Under the pieces are notes generated by a model. It saw nothing but the letters and a program-made list of their open reading frames with translations, was not told where the DNA came from and searched no databases. The translations under genes were made by a program, and so were the position numbers. 64,000 nucleotides of DNA from Myxococcota bacterium (lineage in GTDB: Bacteria > Myxococcota_A > SURF-8 > G963663525), in the NCBI GenBank assembly GCA_963676915.2, contig CAXXVK010000043.1:1-64000 (forward strand), given 5' to 3'. Of the stretch, positions 61,101-64,000 are shown in pieces. Position 1 is the stretch's first letter. The number at the start of each line of letters is the position of its first letter.

Positions 61101-64000
61101 TACCTCCCTCGTACGATACGTTTACCTATCGATTGTCGGAAGCGGAGTGCGCTTTCAACCCAACCCAAGGAACGTTTACAACTCAAGACTTTGACAACCG
61201 CTATACTTCATTTACTTGGGAAGCCGGTCGTACGAACCTCATCAACTGGAGTGTCGATGATCGTGAGGAAGAACTTTACGAACCTAGCGATACTGAACTC
61301 GCTGAGGGTATCCAGGTGTTCGATGCTTCGGTCTCCATGCTTCTGAACGATAATACTTTGACGTTTACATTCGATGGTCTCGTTCAGAATCCTTATGTAG
61401 ATCCGGGCGACGATGTTCCCATGGTGCGACGACGTATCTCATGGTCAAGTTCGGTGGATTCGGCTACAACCGAATCATCGGTCGTGAACGTTTTCCACAG
61501 TGCAGATGCTTTCGAAAGTTATCTTGATCTCCAAGATGTAATCGGTGCGGCTGATGGAACTCAGCAAGAGAAAGTCAATCTTTTCTGGGCTGCGAAAGCT
61601 TCGTCGGATCTTTCATCGATCATCGCAATGGAAGGTAGTCAGGATCCTTTGCTGGAACTGGCCGCCACGACGTTGAAAGACTGGGTAGCCGATAGCACTG
61701 GACCATGGCAATTCATGGGGCTTTTCGAGAAAGTTTCCACGGGAGCCAACAGTTACACCACAAACCGTCAGCGTGTGGAATCGTCAGTGGCAACGCCAGC
61801 CGGTTTAACGCCTGAAGACTTAACATCCGCGTACCTGGGTTTCCACTTCAGTCCGCAATCTCATTTGACTCCCCACGATGTGGATATTTTCTTCAACGAT
61901 TGGCTGGTTGGAAATTTCAGGCAGGATGCGCCACGAGGTTATTTCTTCTACGGTCTGGAGGCATACCAAGTCTTTTTCGGCATGGGTGCAACCAACCAAG
62001 TGGCTGTGACTATCTATAACAACAAGCCTGGCGAGTACTCGATTCTTTACGATTTTTCACTGCTTTTTACTCTGCTGGACCAGGAAATTTCTTACGTTGC
62101 AGTCAGCGAAGCTGAGGCACTTCAGGAACTTTGCGCTACATATTCAGACCTTTTGCGACGAACCGACCTTGCCGCTTATGAAACCTCTATCGCCTTGCCG
62201 GAGTCGACGATTCTTATCGATCGAGAAACGAACCTCGATTTGACCGTGTTCAATCGAGGTTCCGTTGCGGGTGTGGCGCTTGCCAGCTTATCCATTGACG
62301 ATCAAAGCGTTTGGGAGGACTTCGTTTACGTGCCGGGATTGGGAAGAACGGATTTCCCAATATCCTGGACACCGACGGAAGCCGGTGAACATTCGGTCAT
62401 TTTGTCGCTGATGCCTTTCGGACCGGACCGAGACAGTGCAAACGACCAGGTTTCCGTTTCTATTTCCGTTGTCGATCAGCTTACACATGAACTAACCGTG
62501 GTGATTACACCGCCAGAAACCGGGAGCGTACAAGGTGTCGGTATAGACTGTCCCGAGGATTGCGGAGAAACCATTACCGATGGCGAAATTATAGATCTCC
62601 AGGCAATTCCGCATACGGGATACGAATTTATCGGTTGGAAAGGAGACGATACTTCTGCCGATCCCAACCTTCAGGTCACCATGGATGGTCCGAAGAGCTA
62701 TCTTGCCGAGTTCGCCTGTATCGAATTGGCGAAGCCTGTTCTCACAACCGATGTGGAGGGCGTTTACAACGAGGTTCCTTATGATCTTTCCTGGGAAACC
62801 GTCGATGTGGCGACCGGTTATGTTTTTCAGGAAAGCATGGACCCCGATTTCCTGGCATGGGATGAGACCTCGACGGAATTGTTAACTCAAGATTATGAAA
62901 AGTTCGTCGATACAACAACAACGTTCTACTACCGTGTCAAAGCCGTTTCCGATTGCGGTGAGAGTGCTTGGTCTGACACGGTATCTGTCGTCGTTTCCGA
63001 CCATCACCTTTATACGCTTGATGTGGCTGTAGAAGGACCGGGAACTATCGAGGGTACGGGCATCGTCTGTCCCGAAGATTGTCAGGAAAGTATCGAGGAA
63101 ACATTCTCTGTCAGCCTTGAAGCCCTGCCTGACTACGCTCATGCATTTGTGCAATGGAATGTTACCGGATCTGAAACACCTGTATTCGATAACCCTTACG
63201 TTTTCGATATGGACGGAGATACCAATACCACAGCCGTCTTTGAATGTTTCCAGCCGGATCCAAGCGTAGCCCAGACCTCGAACTCTCAGGTAGAATGGCT
63301 TGAATCCTACACCATCTCCTGGTCGGGTGTTGATTATGCCGAGGGGTATGAAATCGAGGAATCGCTATCACCCGATTTTGCCGAATCCGTAACGATTCAA
63401 ACAACGGATATCGAACAGAGCTACCAGCATGAAGTCGATGTGGACACAACTTATTACTACCGAATCAAAGCAAGGACACCTTGTACGGTCACGGAGTCTT
63501 CCGAAACCGTTTCCGTTACAGTTTTGGCACGCGATGAGTACACGGTTACAGTGGGTGTCACGGGTGAAGGTTCCATCGAAGGCTCCGAACTGGCTTGTCC
63601 TGGTACCTGCATGGCAACGTACTATGAAAATTCACCTGTTTCCTTCACGGCTATTGCCGCCCAAGGCTGGCGTTTCGATCGCTGGGAAGGCGACATCCAA
63701 CAGACCCAGGCCGAAGTCTCCATAGAGGCCATTTTGCAAAACTATACACTGACAGCAGTATTCGAAATGATCGAACCGGTCATTGAAGTCGTACCGCTGG
63801 CTATCGATTTCGGTGAAGTGTCCGTCGCCGGAGCCGGAGAATATCGTGAAGTTTCGATCACAAATACTGGTGGTGCAACGTTAAACGTTAGCAGTATCGG
63901 GATGACTGCGGAGACGCCTTACTCTTTCTCTTTGATAAGCGAGACGTGCACAAGGGCTTCGTTGGCCCGTAATGAACATTGTGTGCTTCAAGTCCGTTTT
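52136..64000 (+). CDS. Giant secreted/surface protein (>3,955 aa, partial): 8 beta-helix modules, FN3, CARDB repeats, Ig-like, InlB-B-like repeats, choice-of-anchor-D-like
   Basis: GGGGAG RBS; MKRQAILG...KANA/ETIV signal peptide. The same frame reads sensibly at sampled points through the window end (..LARNEHCVLQVRF). The ORF track lists no closed ORF in this frame, consistent with no stop. Confidence 0.9.
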   Translation, partial: MKRQAILGVFAALLFLIPFTKANAETIVSSNIRSDTTWTLDGSPYIVTTTITLSASSANQSVGLTIEPGVEVRFDEGARLYVGDYRSYNNYYGWLYAVGTADAPIVFTANSDTPTPGYWSGLYFKDQNLDNSTVLDHVVVEYGQPNVYATNTILSIKNSDIRFSGGHGIQIADNANVTIGGEDIGNNIYQNIGNGIYQADSSVSLTIGHNDIYENDGAALRVGVNNNVYGNVIHDNGYDEIQTWGGRLTGAVTWRNQNVPIVVLASITVRASAANQTTGLTIEPGIEVRFNQNTMIYVGEYYSYNHYYGWIHAAGTADAPIVFTANSDEPTPGFWGGLHFRNETTDASVVLDHIVVEYGQPNIYATNATFAITNSEIRYSGSIGIHVDTSANITIGGEDQGNSIYQNATYGIYQADTSVSLNVSHNELYENGSIPMRVCAISNTFSNSIHGNGQDVIQVWGGRLNRDLTWYNQNVPIVVLASITVRAASANQTVGLTIEPGLEIRFDQNTKLYIGEYTSYNNYNGWINASGTAESPIVFTANSDEPTAGFWGGLHFQDQTTDASVVLDHIVVEYGQPNIYATNATFAITNSEIRYSGSIGIHVDTSANITIGGEAQGNSIYQNTTYGIFQADSGISLDIGHNEIYENGGIALYLGRNFNAYSNSIHDNGYDILQTRGGQLDKTVTWYNQNVPIIVTSTITVRSTTANQNVGLTIQPGVEVRFNENTKIYFGQYVSYNHYNGWINAAGTAENPIVFTANSDEPTPGFWGGLSFRNETIDDSVVLDHVIIEYGQPNLYAYDAAFAITNSELRFSGSMGIHIANNANLTIGGVDQGNKIYQNTTYGIYQDDSSVMPDIGYNEIYENAGIALLMGRNMNVHDNSIYDNGTNRIQVRGGTLTATTTWHNQITPVPIEPLAEITIRASSANQSAGLTIEPGVQILCNQDFRFILGIYTSYNNYYGWINATGTADKPIVFTPNTDEPTPGFWKGIYFRDQTNDTLSVLSHVEMHYAGQEGTAAIYLASASPTITDSLIEHSATYGIYADDGALNATIANNTFLNNGAAPISVLPNAVETIRGNTGQGRITIRGGTQTRTVTLHKQDLDFTVSGSITVRSSSANQSSGLTIEPGTNILFDEGTYIHVGIYTSYNNYYGWINATGTANSPIVFTANTTEPTPGFWGGLNFRDQTNDSLTVLDHVIVEYGQPNIQATNAAITLKNSDIRFSGTNGLQFSENSWGTIGTEDNGNRIYRNTSYGIYQDNGNGVPAVGYNEIYENGEVAARLGRNFNAYGNVIHDNGADEVQTWGGSLDRSVTWHNQNVPIVVLNSVTVRGASANQTVGLTIEPGTEIRFNEGKTLIFGIYTSFNDHYGWINATGTPEAPILFTANANPPTPGFWNGIYFRTQTSDANTVLDHVIVEYAGYSSNANIYAESAAVTIQNSTIRHSSNTGIYLDDGSNGTTITDNEFYDNAVAAISGLPNAVNNMSGNAGEGRIHIRGGNFTLSSGTWRRQGLDYEVTGSVTVRGSSANQTSVLTIDPGVTVRFRSGTNLSFGIYTSFNNHYGALWAKGLENLPIRFSSASDLPAPGDWNGLYFRTYTVDASTTMENCIVEYAGTNVYVDNANFAFSKNTLQYGNANGLTVSGGQADGMLIECNNFKGNNVGVSITDGADPRLFNNNFIENIQDGVNNSGSSTGIDAIGNWWNDPGGPATGDPATGAVLYEPVLTEPSTCVSLPPDNFPPYSPMHPTPEDGATDVALDELNNLQLSWRGGDPDPADEIFYDVYFSTDPDALMLIASDVTETSFEVNDLAVGMRYYWQVVAKDGAENETQGAVWQFVTAGPPPDLALSGLEIDVPEGGLFSGMETTIRVTVTNVGAGPVSIPFSTDLNVNQALYESQSIDRVMITDEAETLSFTWLAKAGTHTGEFVVDTDNIVEESDETNNILTFDLPEIPYPDLVVHDISLLTEVPVQGEISSVQVTLDNLGATTVKDLLVELESRGTTFSNWQTGGLVAGDFPTLIFEVPTPAGEFSVTAFVDATGLVTESDEANNRVTQTLATIPYPDLMGMELVVDPPSPYINETVTVSLALGNEGEGGTVLPFDVALYVDETKVDTVRVNDPLRTAEDSIPVELEWVAQSGLHTLEVRIDEKLEVEESDEADNIIAVGELEMLLPDYVPTLSDFRPEQISQGESVYFTATVENQGEGANILPIKARFYIDDSAFNTTEMLTWLETGALAQVTNDTAWRAQAGEHCYTIIVNPDGSMPEANLENNSITDCLPLIEQPDLTLISLTYDPTELVLGNVISFSTTVKNVGTGDTWLPFSIALYANDSRQAGAKTVEILEVNQEQTVTLPWRVTSGDWTIKVVADADDNVEEFDETNNVSELVLPHIYSKPDITVSLDDYEGEIVWGERTVSWTASHNEEVEISRVRIYARHNGDTLLSDTTEALGNIPWDTSSFPDGTYRLRGIVTDANGAEDEFFTGSFEVKNARSITLSSSPTSWQSGRINEELTFQITVRNLQPEEDTIKISSINSDNIFSLAIDDAELTIPAWGSSSTTVRSIADATGTYAFVVEGVSDSNPALADSVDLSVRVSDPFRFSLSPDNISTSLGDKLSYSLIVTNQLTIADTYSFSVSGFPEGWVTTPDSVMLNPGETRIVSMTVEEVDQTGEFELTVETTSTETGVMKSESSSLSTVADPKITWLWPENGYRSGSDRILIQWETNVSTLATAYVRHDGDTEWTSYDAQDGLFHGVWIEGLQRNTTYEYYVESTNDFGSATSNVRSFTVLNGVVFSESSHNFSLYRGKSEEFSISVQNTDSIPHQIMVYVLDPPEDLNVGIVGPGSGRGETLIVPSGGVASLTLAAHAQDSLLDDYAFSLNLETVDEGTVIFDQTQVAIHVMDLAVDFSVAYVSENAATLSQRYRITNRGAAINDLSVILDELLAEGATIVPLIDHAFLDEGETLEFDVIPDITPPFSAIGGTMTVTGGGHTVEKTLTFSLPPSYDTFTYRLSEAECAFNPTQGTFTTQDFDNRYTSFTWEAGRTNLINWSVDDREEELYEPSDTELAEGIQVFDASVSMLLNDNTLTFTFDGLVQNPYVDPGDDVPMVRRRISWSSSVDSATTESSVVNVFHSADAFESYLDLQDVIGAADGTQQEKVNLFWAAKASSDLSSIIAMEGSQDPLLELAATTLKDWVADSTGPWQFMGLFEKVSTGANSYTTNRQRVESSVATPAGLTPEDLTSAYLGFHFSPQSHLTPHDVDIFFNDWLVGNFRQDAPRGYFFYGLEAYQVFFGMGATNQVAVTIYNNKPGEYSILYDFSLLFTLLDQEISYVAVSEAEALQELCATYSDLLRRTDLAAYETSIALPESTILIDRETNLDLTVFNRGSVAGVALASLSIDDQSVWEDFVYVPGLGRTDFPISWTPTEAGEHSVILSLMPFGPDRDSANDQVSVSISVVDQLTHELTVVITPPETGSVQGVGIDCPEDCGETITDGEIIDLQAIPHTGYEFIGWKGDDTSADPNLQVTMDGPKSYLAEFACIELAKPVLTTDVEGVYNEVPYDLSWETVDVATGYVFQESMDPDFLAWDETSTELLTQDYEKFVDTTTTFYYRVKAVSDCGESAWSDTVSVVVSDHHLYTLDVAVEGPGTIEGTGIVCPEDCQESIEETFSVSLEALPDYAHAFVQWNVTGSETPVFDNPYVFDMDGDTNTTAVFECFQPDPSVAQTSNSQVEWLESYTISWSGVDYAEGYEIEESLSPDFAESVTIQTTDIEQSYQHEVDVDTTYYYRIKARTPCTVTESSETVSVTVLARDEYTVTVGVTGEGSIEGSELACPGTCMATYYENSPVSFTAIAAQGWRFDRWEGDIQQTQAEVSIEAILQNYTLTAVFEMIEPVIEVVPLAIDFGEVSVAGAGEYREVSITNTGGATLNVSSIGMTAETPYSFSLISETCTRASLARNEHCVLQVRF
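52210..57300 (+). repeat. Eight tandem intragenic repeats (216-218 aa and 191-192 aa modules)
   Basis: Anchor motif (G/V)LTI(E/Q/D)PG starts at 52322, 52970, 53618, 54266, 54920, 55493, 56141 and 56717; spacings 648, 648, 648, 654, 573, 648, 576 bp. Confidence 0.92.

Noticed and set aside
52154-63725. Numerous short ORFs listed in the track across the right arm
   Set aside because: All are off-frame or antisense to the single giant ORF starting at 52136.

Overview
Bacterial chromosomal segment. The many Cys-rich lipoproteins and a MYXO-CTERM-like tail suggest a Myxococcota/deltaproteobacteria-like organism, and the corrinoid genes suggest an anaerobe (both inference). Left arm (1-20 kb) is cell-envelope genes: a partial DUF1848 gene, a frameshifted Slt-type lytic transglycosylase, three tandem paralogous Cys-rich Ig-like lipoproteins, a FadL-like porin plus lipoprotein, a class A PBP whose transpeptidase motifs are all degenerate, a large Cys-rich lipoprotein and an Lcl/DUF1566 gene. 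Next come a DsrE-like gene, tRNA-Ala(CGC) and a CocE/NonD hydrolase. An AT-richer Wsp/ACF-type chemosensory operon follows, headed by an excisionase-like HTH-REC regulator with seven 8-bp direct repeats at its predicted transcription start. After that are a GH15-like hydrolase, two lipoproteins, and a corrinoid-dependent methyltransferase cluster with a separate GntR + corrinoid-protein unit. The window ends in a >3,955-codon secreted beta-helix/CARDB/FN3 protein that runs off the end and is absent from the ORF track. Two copies of a ~174-bp palindromic MITE-like element were found by eye. Clustered single-base frameshifts (0.1-6.4 kb, ~51 kb) look like long-read consensus errors. No CRISPR array, integrase, transposase or reverse transcriptase was seen.
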